Of a stretch of 64,000 bases of DNA, positions 1 through 13,600 are shown in pieces. This DNA is from Dipteris shenzhenensis (lineage: Eukaryota): assembly GCA_047967505.1 (NCBI GenBank), contig CM106538.1; one strand, given 5' to 3'. Position 1 is the stretch's first letter, and the number at the start of each line of letters is the position of its first letter. The translations under genes and the position numbers were made by a program. A model generated the notes under the pieces. That model saw only the letters and a list, made by a program, of their open reading frames with translations. It was not told the origin of the DNA and ran no database searches.

Positions 1-775
1 TAACGTAGATTGAATTTATAAATTGTCCATATCTCTTCAACCGGTTATCTGTTTTCAATGAAACTTATATCAGAGCGAAGCTCTCTTTAAGGGTCTCCCT
101 CCCATTTATTAGTTTCTTACAATGGGTCCAAGACAAGAAGTTATGAGTCTCTGTGTATGACTACTTATTTTTATGGTAGTTTTTACCCTCTTTCAGTAAA
201 CTATCCATATCTCTTCAACCGGTTATTTGTTTTCAACGAAACTTATATCAATACGAAGCTCCTTTAAGGCACATCCCTGTATGTACTTTAATTTATGATC
301 GCAGTTTTTTGGTAAAAGTTATAGACCTCTATGTTTTCTAGCAGTTTGTAGAATGATTTTAAGCCATTTCTAGAGGCTTCTGTGAAGGAGGTGCCATGTT
401 TCCCTGGGATTTATCCATCCAACCAAATCAGCCCCTTCAAGCCCCTAGATATATATCAGTTCATGTCATGTTGAGATGAAAGATCTTCTTCCAACAACGC
501 ATCACTCTTCTCTTTGGCGCCAATCGGCTTGGTGAGATAATGGCCTCTGCGGATCCTTTTCTTCTCCCGATGCTAGACTACAACATCACTTGGGATGTCA
601 CCATATTCATTCTCCTCTAAGGGAAGCAAGGAGAAAGATATGTTGTGGTTTTTTTCGCATGAAAATATTTTCTTCATCTCTCTTTGCAAGTGATAAGGGT
701 CTCTATTATTAAGATGGGGAAGAGCAAGAAGGTAAGAGGTGCATGAAGTTTCATTACCCCCAACTTCATGTCACA
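1..775. mobile_element. Partial LTR (family G, same as 52841-54316), truncated by the window edge
   Basis: High similarity to 53750-54316, same end (...CTTCATGTCACA at 775) and same 178-bp internal repeat; has about 190 bp absent from the other copy. Confidence 0.8.
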
Positions 776-1267
776 CTATCATGCTCCATCATTGTAGTAG
801 GATTCTAAGTTGTAAACGAACTTGTAGGAAATATTTGAATTAACTTATTAGTAATCTGTTTACTTTGTTTTTCTCCGTACTTCAAAAAGACAGATGGAGA
901 TATCTAAAGCAACCATCACTTTGATCAAAAGTAACTTTTTAAGATTCTATGCTTAATAAACACAATACAGTCCTTTCACCCCTCAGCCACCACTAGTTGC
1001 GAGTACACAAACCGCTATACTCGCCCCAGAAAATTATAAGAGAAGGTTGCTAGCTCATTGCAAACAAGCATTGATAACATAAGGCACCTGCTCACATTTT
1101 CATGGTTTAGAGAAAAATCTGATGCAGGATGCATGAAGTCTACCTTTAACGTCTAGAAGTTCTACGAATATACATTGTAAGGGTCTGACTGCACATTAAT
1201 ACAAGATCTTTCGTAATCCAACAACAAGACAAGGACAGGAAGCTGTGTTGATAGAACTGTTCATGCA

Positions 1268-1330
1268 TATATATATATATATATATCTATATATATATAT
1301 ATCTATATATATATATATATCTATATATAT
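1268..1330. repeat. (AT)n microsatellite with ATCT interruptions
   Basis: Direct inspection. Confidence 0.9.
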
Positions 1331-1399
1331 GTACAGTTAATGATATCCCATTTGAACAAGCATTACGTGTATTACAGAAGACTTGCCCAAGACACTTAC

Positions 1400-1468
1400 C
1401 ATACCAATTCCAAAGCCATAAACTAATCTTTCAATAAGCAAGAAAGTGAAGTTAGGTGCTCCAATGTA
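1400..1468 (-). other. Tandem partial duplicate of VGT exon 5 (possible extra 69-nt exon)
   Basis: TTCACAG|TAC ATT GGA GCA CCT AAC ... GGA ATT GGT ATG|GTAAGT encodes [23 protein letters not shown]; the adjacent intron sequence is duplicated too. Confidence 0.75.
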
Positions 1469-1527
1469 CTGTGAAGAATATCCAATTTGAGAGTGAGGAG
1501 ATGTATTACAGAGGACTAGGTACTTAC

Positions 1528-1652
1528 CACACCAATTCCGAAACCATAAACTAATCTTCCAATGATCAAGACAGCAAAGTTAGGCGCTCCAGCCATCAAT
1601 ATGGCTCCAAGCATAAAGAAAACTGCAGCAGTAAGCAACTCCCTTCGGCGAC
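1528..1652 (-). CDS. VGT-like coding exon 5
   Basis: ATGAAG| ... |GTAAGT; encodes (G)[41 protein letters not shown]. Confidence 0.92.
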
Positions 1653-4600
1653 CTTCATAATTTTCCCAACAAATTATTTTTTAGACTATTTGCCTCAATT
1701 TATATTGAGTAACAACATGACATAAATTTTGATGCTACCAATTTCAAATTGAAACAAATATGCAAAGGACAGGTATCTCTTATTGGATTTGAGGAAAACC
1801 TAGAAAATCTGCTACATTGAAGGCCAAGACAGACCCTGCAAGTGCTCCATAAAGTGATCCACTTTTCTGCAAAATAACAAACCTGGCCTTAGAATTAGAT
1901 TTCTAATCAATCACCTTGTGTATCCTTAAGCATCAGTAAATAGCATGCAGTTCTTTAATCCTGATTCCTAATGCCAACCAAAGACCGATGCATACTTGCA
2001 GTAGTTTGGATGTCCGAAAGGCAAACTTACCACAAGCCCAATCTCCACTGACGAAAGGTCATACCAGTCCATTCCACTGAACAAGGAGGACTGCATCACC
2101 AGATAAACCATCCATATCCAATGGTAAGTATATATCTTAATGAATCTTGGAACGTACCTGAACTCATCATTAACAAACAGTTTTCTTTTTTTGGGGGGCA
2201 TATCTGTATCCTTGTGCGAGGTGCTTATATGCAAAAGAATCAAATCAAGAAAGGAAAATTTTAATGTATTTCATCATCCACTTTAGGCTTAGGATAAAAC
2301 ACTCGGTTATCATATCGCAATCATTCAGTTTTAACTGCATTAGAGGACACCAGAGACGATGCGTGAGTACCGTCAACTAGTGCGCCGGAAGGAGCAGGCT
2401 TTTGTCCATCGAGACAAGGAGTTGATAAACATTTTGTTTAGCAACAACTCCAACGACTTTTGGCAGAAGTTCCTTCAGCGGCGATCCCCGTCACCCCTCA
2501 CAGACACATAGAGCTGACACACCTATGCCCGCACGTTGTATGACATCCCCCACCAACCCGCCCCTCACCTCTCCTCGCACTCACCTCATCCTACCTCCTG
2601 CACTCTTTTCACCAATGGCAGTGTCAAGTACACATGACTGAAGCTCCATAATGGCCGAGCGAAAGATCATGAGGGACTATGCACCAAGTTTATTGCATCA
2701 TATGAGCTGTTTAGACACTCTATGAGAGGGTCTCATGCAGAGTCCGAAAAGGGGCTGGATGGACAGAGGAAATCATGAGCACTATTGGGGTCAAACAAGG
2801 TTGACCGTTATCACCAACTTTGTTTGGCCTCTACATAGATGAGCCGAGATCTTCATGGAGACACTAAGGGGAGATGGATGCTCTCTCACCGGTTCATCGT
2901 CTTCATATTCAAATGACATGGTGCTATTATCTTCTTCTGCAGAGGGCCTCCAAAGACACCTAGATGCGTTAAAGACCTTTAGACATTTTGTGAGTCACAT
3001 GATTTGAGGGTCAATCTTGAGACAACCAAGGTTATGATCTTCAACACATCCTGAGCAACTATGCATAGAGAGCGGTTCACAATTTAATGGATCATCGGTT
3101 GAGATTGTTTCGGCATACACATACTTAGGAGTTTCCTTCTTTGTCCCTATTTTCACCATTAGACCGGTGATCCAAGCCCATTTGAGCAAGGATATGCTTC
3201 ATTAGCCCGACTGGAGAGACGGTGCTTCCACTCACACTTTCAAAACCCTCGGGAAGGCGACAACAGACCACATCCACAGATAGCCGCCAACACTCTATCT
3301 CTGACTTCGTGCCAATTCAACACCCACGACCAGGCCCACCATGATATCCCACACCTTTCTCGGACCTCCACTCACACATATAACTAGACTTTGACATGAC
3401 AATGATGATGATGATGATGATGATGACGATGATGATGATGATGTTATGACTATGTAGTACTTAGAAATTAGCATGGGTGATGATGCTCATTTAGTAGCTC
3501 CACCTTTCAACTTATTGTATCAAGTTTCTCTCACACTCATAAACCTGCAATCTTCCAAAGACTTTAATAAACTTTCTTTTTTTCTTTCCTTCTTACATGG
3601 ACTCGAACTGCAATCCTGTGACATGTGGCTGCAATCCTGTGACATGTGGTCTTGGAAGGCTTGCCATAGTGCAATTACATTCAAATGATGCCGCAAGTCT
3701 CTAAGAGGACTACATGTGATGGAAGAGAGAGCAGTGATGTAGATCCCGTTGTTAATCATGCCTTCCCGAACAACCTGGCCGGTGGCTTTGTCCCAAATAT
3801 CCAAGGAATCCTCCTCAAACTCTTGTGCCCTTGCCAATCTTGCACACTTCAGTACACTAACAACAAATGGAAACTAAGAGATGGATATCCAAGGAAGTCT
3901 TCTCAAACTCTATGCGCTTGCCAATCTCATGCACTAACAACAAATGGAAACTAAGAGATGGAGCATACGGTACCTGGGAGGAATGCTTCCCCATCAAGAA
4001 TGATCCAAGCTTGATCTAAACTCGAACTGAAATAGTAGATTTTTTGCCAACAAAAATGTGATCCACTACCACCGAAAGCCCTAAAACTGCTCACGCGAAG
4101 GAGTCATGTGCCTGGAAGCACCACCGTCGAAAATCCATTCCCGAGGATGGGCTGCTAGAGCGCCTTGACCAATTTTATGTGAAGAATTGGGTGATGCACA
4201 AAGGGGGGTTTTTTGGCAAGCATGATGATGTCAAATCACTTCTCGATTGTATTTCACTTAAAGCAGTCCCGAGGTGGACTCCCACCGGATTTCCACTGCT
4301 TTACCCCGTGAGGAGCAGGTTCAACAAGCAATACGTGAGATCTGGCAACATCCAAAGCCCCCCCCAGGAGGGTTGATGTGCTAAAATGTGCCTCCCCTTT
4401 CACGTATGCAGTAAGAATCTTAAGCAACTTGTAGGCCCCATGACAGGAAAGTAACATGTGATGGTGAGATACTCGGCACGACAGCTTCTCGACAATAGAG
4501 AATACACACCGAGAACGATGCGTTTCACAAAGGCTCAGGTCTCTATCATGGCACTTGAGCTAGTAGTGCACAACGTTAATGGGCCTACTTTTGGAGCTCA

Positions 4601-7600
4601 AGAAATCACTGTAGATATGGTACATGCTATATATCACACATAGGGATACCAACATGTAGGTGAATTTGCCATGGGAGTTAAGAAGTAGCCAAAGGCATCC
4701 TGTAAATAATCATGATTTTCCTAATATGGTTTTCAAGAGAGACTCTAATTACAAGAAGTGATGAAGAAAAGCTCATGGCCACTCACGGATAACTGGCGTA
4801 CCCACGGATATGGGAAGCTGGCAGCTAGGTGCATGTGATGACGACGATGGGACTGAGAAGAATACTGAGAGATGAGCACACTCTACGGAGTCTTTATAAC
4901 AAAGGTAGGGGTGGCATGGCTGCTAGATTGAGAGATATTGCATCAATTTTGGGCACTGGCTTCCGAGCGTTGTTGTGGGCTTGTGTGCACACATCCAAGA
5001 AGAGAGTTGGTGCTGTGTTGAAACTTGAGGCATATGGTTTCCTATCCTTACGCTAAGTATGGCACTGAGATTCCTGAGTTTGTTGGGTAGCTAATCCAGC
5101 TAGTAGGCCTGCTAATCTAAGCCTAAACCATTAGTTAGACTACCTTAGAAGATAGCAGCTACGTAGAACAGCAAGTAATCAAGAGAATACAAGTGCACAA
5201 TCACCAAGAGAGTACCTGGAAATCATGCAGGAATCCATGGCTTCTGATGGGCTGCACACTAACAGGCTACGTATGCCATTAACAAAAGTGACTAGTTACT
5301 AGTTGTTCGCTATTGTGGTAGTCTTTAAGAAGAATGGAAAGATTCGTGTCTTTATAGACTACAAGAAGCTTAATGCATAGATCATCTTCGATCCATTCCC
5401 TATACCTTTTACAAATTGAATCATGGACAAAGGAGAGCTATACTTCTTTATGGATGGACTATAGAAAATAATATCAAATATCAATAGGTAAAATGATAGC
5501 ACAAGACAACATCCGTGAGAGGGAGCAAATCCACATGTTGAGTCATGAATTTGGGCTAAAAATTTATGGAAACCCTCGGTAAATATCTTAGCAATCTTAT
5601 GGCTGTCTCTTTATTGATTGCAATAGATATCACATTCAAAAAAATAATGTTCATACTTGTCTTTGTCTATCCTCCCAATGATAGAATGGAGGACTAGGAC
5701 TTCATTAATGCACGTGGAAGTAATCTAATGTTGTTAGGTGACATTAACATGGTTGAAGGCAAACGTGATAGATGGATGGGATTTAGCATTTTTCCTTAGA
5801 GGTGGGGAGCTTTCTCAACTTGCACATATTAAATCGGCAAGGCTAAAAAAGGAGAGGTAAGAAGGGCTGATTCAATAAGAGAAGGATGACACATCATGAA
5901 GAGATTTGGCCCTTGCTCTGACCCTTTAAGTTTCAAATTATCACTATAATGTTTTTGCTATGACATGAAAGATTTTGCAGCAAACATTCCCAAATGTGGC
6001 TACAAGTTAGCCATAGCCAACATTCCCTATGGCTTCAAGCTAAAGGGAAAGGTCAAATGATATTGCTCTAGGACATAACTAGATTGTTGCCATGCTATTG
6101 GCATTCAAATCTCATAACATAGCTCCAATAGGGAGCTTTATTCTTTCTCAGTCCTCTACCCAGCAACATCAATGGAAAAAGATCTCATGGACTGGCTACA
6201 TCGACAAGTGCGTAATAGTTCCCTGATAGGAGATTTTGTCGTATGTTGTAAGCCCTTGTCCAAGGACAGTCAGGCACAAGCTACGTAAGTCAGTCTCTCA
6301 ACCTTAGATCAAGTCGGAAGATCAGTCCTTGTTCACTAGTACCTACTGGAGAACCATAGGGTAGTGTTTCTGTCTTAGATTTAGGGATAGGTTTAGGTCC
6401 AGCCTAGGATAGGAGCCCTTCTGGGCCCCCTCAGGGCTGGAACAAGTGAAGAGAATGGCAAGGGAAGGGCTGCCTTTATAGGCTACCCTGCACCCCTCCC
6501 TAGGCTGCCATTTATGGGGCCAACCAACCAGCCCCAAAAGCCCTATAAATAGGGGGCCTCCACGCCCTCTTTCTCATTCAGTTCTCCCAGCACTTCAGCC
6601 TCCTACAGCTCCTCAGCCCCCTCTAAACAGCCTGACACTCACCCCCAGTGGCCCTCTAACCAGCCTCAGCCTTTGGCATCAGTTCAGCCCTCTGGGAAGG
6701 TGTTCACGCAGCGCATCAGATGGAGAGTCGGAACAGCGCACGGAGTAGGGTTTGGGATCTGTTTCAGCAGCTTTTTTCAGTTATCTCTTACAGTTTTACA
6801 CAGCTCATTCTCAGCTCTTTATTTCAGTTCTCTCTCAGCTCTCATAGGATCTGTCACTCCTAGCTTTCACTCCCTCACTCACGCAGTAACCCTGCATTCC
6901 AGTGGACAGCACAAGCCTCTTCCTTGCCTTGCAGAAGCATCCTACATCATCGGTGTGGACAGCATCAAGGTCTCGGTATTGGTCGGCGTTGCCTCTTAGG
7001 TCTTTGGGTCTGCTATACGTGTGCACAGTGAGCTCTTCAGAAGTGCGTTCTGTGCTTTCTCGAAGAGTGTTCTTTGTATTTCTCAGTTCTCCAAGTGTAA
7101 AGCAAATTCTCCCCTGATTGGAGAAGGGGGCCCTAAATGGGTACAAGGACCCAATCGGTTGTCGACTCTACTCTCTCTCTCTACCCTCATCTCCTTTCTC
7201 TCTCTATGGTAAACAACGCTAATTCCTCGCTAAAGGTTTAAAGAAGGTCTTGCTGTGAATTACACGATCAGATTACCGTTGCATGTTACACTAGGTTATT
7301 GCTGAATTCGATAATATGGTGAATTCCAATTGGTCTCACAAATAAATAGTTGATCTTAGGAGACAAGAAAGATCATATGAGATAAGGCTATAAAGGTATC
7401 TTGCTATACTTGCTCTTCATTTCTCTTGTCTAGCCACAAGCTGAATCCTGGTTCAAGGTTAATCCAAATTCTTCAAGTTAGATACTACGCAAGTTTATAT
7501 ATCCAAGATATGGGTTAATGCTTAAGTGATAGAGGTCCTAGCACTAATACGTGGCACAATAGAATAGGGGTTTCAAATAAAAGATATGAAGGAGTCCACT

Positions 7601-10600
7601 GCTCAACGATAGAGGCTGAATATTGTGTCTTCGTGGGTATTAAAATGTGCTGCCTAATCCATGGACACATGAGTCCACTTACTCTTTGGAATGGGAAAAG
7701 GTTGCATATTTGTAGACATCTTTCCATAGCCCTTTCCATACGAAACTCTGCTTAACCCTTTCATAGGTTTTGAACACCACAAGCGAAATCCTCCCTTGTG
7801 CCATAATAAGCCATTATACAATTTGGATTTCCGGTGGCTACCCTAGTTGCCATTTTTGGAAAGGTCACCTCCCCATCTGTAAGCCCCCAAATGAGGAAAG
7901 CATGGGGGAGGGAGACCTAGGGCAAGGTATGCCCAGAGAAAGGGGACAGCCACTGTACAGATCAGTATGGGCTGCTGCAGGGCAGTATACGGAAGGTGTG
8001 CACGGTGCGCCAGGGTCCGGACAAGGGCTGAACAGAAGCGGAACATTAGCAGCATGGAGTCGCACTGTTGCAGCAGGTATTGGGCAGGTCTATGGCCTGC
8101 AAGCAGGGCTGGCAGGTGGCGGGGTAAGCAGTCCAAAGGGGCTGGGCCCTGCATGTAACAAAGGACCAGCAAAGGGCCCTAATTAGGGCTGGATAGGCAG
8201 CCAACCAGCCAACCAACTCGTCGGTTGGTTAGGGCTGCTACAGACCAGCCAGTCGGCCCAATTAGGGCTGGCTGGTCGGTTGGTTCTGGAGGGCCTTGTG
8301 CCCTATATAAGGAGGGCCTTTGTGCCCTCATAACTCATTCTCTGGAGCAGCCAACCACCAGCAGATTGAAGCAGCAGGACCTTCCTTGGGCCTACATCCA
8401 GCAGGTGAAGGAGGCACATAGAAGCTGCAGACAAAGCTGAGAAAGGGCTGCCTACCTAGGCTGATCTATAGGTAGTAAGGGAGAGAGAACCATTCTGGAC
8501 GGAAAGTCTACAAACGCTCAAGGTGGAGCACGCGGGCTCGACTCTGGAGATAATTGGCAGATAGGAAAAGGACCTTGTGGTAAGATCAAAGGACCACACC
8601 ATTGGTGGGACTCTGGATCTCTCTCTTTTGTATTGTGTCCATAGCTTTGGACGGAAATATATTATTTTGGTGGTTTCTCTATCTGGCTAGTTCATTGTCT
8701 ATTGGCAAGTCTGCACATCTATTTTAGGCACATAAGTTAAGAAGTTTGTGATTCCACACCCCACACCACACTGTGTGAGCTCCTGGGCATTACTATCAGT
8801 CTTCCGCTGTGCGTACCCTCTGTTGGGTGATTTAAAACATGGTATCAGAGCACAAGTAGGAGGCCGACTGGAGGATTGTGCCCTTGCGAGAAGGAGGGTG
8901 ACTTAGGTTCAGTCAGGTGCGTTCAGAGTTCTGGTCTACTAAAAATTGAGTTTGGTTGACTTTGCTGTGTGGTATAACAGCAGATATGTCGACCTCTACA
9001 GCCCCTGCTCTCCCTTCCTCCTCCCCCAGTTTTCTCTCATTCACTATCCCTAACTTCGGAGAGCCTGGGAAACTAGACGGGACCAACTACCCGATCTGGA
9101 AAGTGAAGATCCGGAGTCATTTATGTTACAAAAAGAGAGAGTGAGAGAGCAGGAAGCAAGAGAGCTGAACGTAGTGCTTCCAATAGAAGAAGTGACTAAT
9201 ACAAGAACTGGGATGGGTTTTGTCTAAGTGACAAAACCTTATCCTTCACTAATCGTTGTTAGTGAACTAACTCTGGTTAGGGGGAAAAACCTCTAAATGA
9301 GAAAAAAGTGCCCCTAATCTACTTATTACATTACATTGGTCACTGCTGAATTATAATAATAATTCTAACACCCCCCTGCAATGCCAATGTCATGTACAAG
9401 GAAATGATCAATCACCAAAAGGAGATAAGTTCAGGGCACTGCAAAATGCCTCAAACTTTTCACGTGGAAGTGCTTTGGTGAAGATGTCTGCAACATTGTC
9501 ATGTATTGACACATAGATCATACTGATCTCTCCTGCATGCAACTTCTCTCTGACATAGTGATAGTGAACCTCAATGTGCTTCGTGCGAGCATGAAACACA
9601 GGATTCTTTGCCAGCCCAAGTCTGACATATCAAATGTAGCTTTCAATTGGGCCTTGAAATCTGCAATTACTTCCTCATTTGATCCGGTGAGCAGCATGTC
9701 ATCTACATAAATCTACATAAAGAATGATGACCAGAATATCCCCCCCATCCTTCTTGATGGGGAGGGTGCTCTCAGTTGGACTATTGTGCAGCCCCTTGCT
9801 GGTCAGAAAGGCATCAATTTTGGCATACCATGCACGTGGGGCTTGTTTCAGCCCATACAAAGCTTTATTCAACTTGCATACCTGAAGTGCATTTCCTGAA
9901 ATTTCAAAGCCAGGAGGTTGTTTGACATAAACCTCTTCCTACAAGTCTCCATTAAGGAAAGCTGTTTTAATGTCCAACTGATGAACATTCCATTCAAAAT
10001 TTGCAGCCATGGCTATAACTGACCTGATGGTGGTCATCCTGGATGTAGGAGCAAAAGTCTCCTCATAATCTATGCCTTTTTTCTGAGCATAAACCTTTTG
10101 CAACCAGCCTTGCCTTGTACCGATCAACAGACCCATCTGACTTTCTTTTGACTTTGAAAACCCACCATGTACCTATGGCATTTTTACCTGGTGGCGAATC
10201 CACAACATCCCAAGTTTTTATGAATGGACTGCAACTCATCGTGCATGGCATTCATCCAATGCACATTATCTTTTGCTTCTTCAAATGTCTCAGGCTCCCC
10301 CTCATCAAGAAGAGTACCTGCATAAGCTAATTCAACTGAATGAGCTCCCTCCATGTGCCTTACTGCACTAGGAGTTCTGCCAAGCAATGGAGCTTCAAGC
10401 CTACTCTCCCTGAGAGTCTGAAGCGAACAATGCCGGACTATTTTGGCTGCGTGTATCTCTTGAATTTCTTGCCTGACAACTTCATCCACACCCTGAGGTT
10501 GTACCAATTCAACTGGGGGCTGAATCTGTACTTGTGGAGCTGGCGGAGGTTGCTGTAAATTCTAATTTTCAGCGGGGGAACCAAATGCTATAGGAAGCAT

Positions 10601-13600
10601 CCCCTCAAACACATCATCTGAAGAGGCCGGAATCTGAAATTCAGCATTTGTATGTGCAGAATTTTCAGAGAATATGACATCTCTACTGACAAAAATCTTG
10701 CATGTAGCAGGATTGTAGACACAATAGCCTTTGCTTTGTGAACTATATCCCACAAAAATGCATTTTAGTGCCTTATCTGACAACTTGTGTCTGAACTCCA
10801 CTGGCACGTGGGCATATGCAACACAACCAAAAACTCTGAAGTGGTCCACTAAAGGCTTTCTCCCATGCCATGCCTCATAGGGAGTGATTGTCTTCAAAGC
10901 CTTTGTAGGAGCCCAATTTAAAATATAGTTTTCACACGAGGCCTTCCAACCAAAACCTGTGAGGCAGCTTCTTTACTTGTGAGCATGCATCTATCCATTT
11001 CCATGGTGGTGCGATTCTTCCATTCAGCTTTGACATTCTGTTGAGGTGTAAGCCTCACTATAAGCTGACGCATAATGCCTTTTTCTTTCAGAAATGTCTC
11101 AAATTCATGAGACATGTATTCCCTCCCTCGATCTATGCGAAGTGTCTCCATCTTGAGTTCTGTCTCATTCTCAACCATAGCCACATAGTGTTTGAAATGC
11201 ATAAACACTTCTGATTTTGCCTTGAGACCATAGACCCAAGTGTAATTGGTAAATTCATCTATGAATGTAACAAAATAGAGATAACCCTCAAAAGCAGGTG
11301 TCTTCATGGGACCGCAGACATCACTGTGAATAAGCTGCAATTTTCTTGTAGCTTTCACTGCACCATCCTTCTTGAAGGGAAGCCTATGCATTTTGCCAAG
11401 AATGCAACCTTCACATGCATGAGGAGGAGGCATCAATCATATCATGCCTCTGAAGTGTCATTAAGCTGCCATAGCTCATGTGCCCATACCTGGCATGCCA
11501 TAACTCCGCATTGTGCATCGTAGCAGTGGGAGTGCTAACTGATAATGCAAGATGGGATCTTTTTTCATATAAATCAAGCTGAAAAAGACCCCGATACAAA
11601 GTGCCAAACAACCTCAAAGCATATTCATTTTCTTTGTCTCTGACTGCACACTTGTCATCATCAAAAACAACCTGAAATCCTCCTCTATTGAGTGAGGACA
11701 ATGAAAGCAAATTCTTCTTTATACCTGGCACATAGAGTACATCTGAAATTCTGAAATCTGTGCCATCAGTGAATATGAGAATAATATCTCCCACTCCACA
11801 CACTGAATAAGAAGAATTATTTGCACAAGTGACCTCCTTCTTGGTGGGTGAAGAATGCAGAGTTACAAACAAATTTTTCTTGGAAGTGATGTGCTTTAAA
11901 GCACCACTATCAAAATACCAAGTATTTAGTGTCTCATCAACACTGAAAGAGCATTCATCCTTTGAAGGATCATAACTGCAAATCAAAAAAGCATATGGGT
12001 CATCATCATTAGTGGCTGTAGTATCTAAACTACCCACTAAAAAATCTGAAGTGCAAGTCAAAAAGGCATAGTGCTCTTCAACCAAGTTGGCTGCAACATC
12101 TCCTCCATCATGGCAATGTGGACCTGATGCATCTGATACAGCCATACCGGAATCCCTTTTCTTTTCTTTGGCTATGCGCTTCTTGCACTCTCCAATATAA
12201 TGACCAAGCTTCTTGCAATAATGACAGATGCCCTTCTTTTTCTAATTGTTTGTATCACCCTGTGCCTTATAAGAAGGCTGTCCAGAATCACCTTTATGCT
12301 GATGTGTGGGCTGATTGGCATGTAGCTTATGCTGCCCTTTACCCTTGGGCTTGAACATGGAGAGCATAGCATGCTCGCCAGCCCGGGTTGCCATATTTTT
12401 GCATGTTTGTTCCTCCTGCAACAGAAGTCCTACCAACTCGTGAAAGGAGAGAGGATTGCTGCCCCCCCTCAATGACAATTCAGCGAGGTGTGGAAACTGA
12501 GATAGGACTTAGGAAGAGAGTTCAGAGAGGTGGAGATCATCTCTGAATCCAGAATGACTTCATCAATGTTAAGCAATTGTTCCCTGAGATCCTGAAGCTT
12601 TGTGAGGTGAGAATTGATGGAATCTCCCTCCTCCATATGTGTATGGGAAAGTTCTCGCTTCAGAAAGGAAACCCTGGCATCGTTCCTTGCTGCAAACATA
12701 CTCTCAAGTATTACCCAAGCTGCCATAGATGTCTTGCATGACCGAATATGAGGTATAATGAACCTCTTGACAGAAAGAGAAATTACTGAAAGAGCTTGTG
12801 CATCTCTAGAGTCCCATCTTTTCTGCTCTACTGTAGGAGCTCCTAGAGCGGCTGCTCCAATCACCTGTGCTGTATTTGTACCTCTACCCCTGCCTCCAGC
12901 TGTAGGAGTGACAGGTATAGGCGTTGTATCTGGTCTTTCTTCATCTCCATTGACATAATGCCAAAGATTTCTGCCAACTAAGATATTGCAAACCATGAAA
13001 CTCCACAAGGAGTAGTTGGTGCCACCCAACTTATCCTCCTGTGTGAGAACCCCGAACACCTCATTTGAGTTGTTCTGTGCCATTTTTGCCAGATAAACTC
13101 AGAAATACAGCTAACTGAACAAGTAAAATCCCTTCTTGGGATGTAAGATGCACAAATAAAATCTGCCAAAGAAAATCTGCCCTCAGTGACAAATATTGTC
13201 ACAGCCTATCAAAGGCTCAAAATGCACCACAATGCTCTGCTCAATGCCCAAAAATCTGCCCTCAGTGACAAATATTGTCACACCCTATCAAAGGCTCAAA
13301 ATGCACCACAATGCTCTTCTCAATGCCCAAAAATCTGCAAATAGAATCTGCAAAAGGTGGCCAAAGTCTGCAATTTGACTCGTATTGAGTCCAAAACTGT
13401 TTGCAGACTTCCAAAATGCCCTTTTACCTACAAAATTGCAACCCAAATGCAAAAGCCCCAATTTCTTGTGGGAAATTGCATACAAAAGAGGGCAAATGGT
13501 CTGAAAGCCCCAAATGTTGCACAAATTGCAGTCTGCCTGCAAAAGCCCCAAATTTCACTGCAAAATTGCGCAACCCCACTATAGTATCTGTCCACAAATA

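Noticed and set aside
1968-2243. 91-aa ORF from the ORF track
   Set aside because: Only 2031-2090 is exonic; the rest is intron read-through
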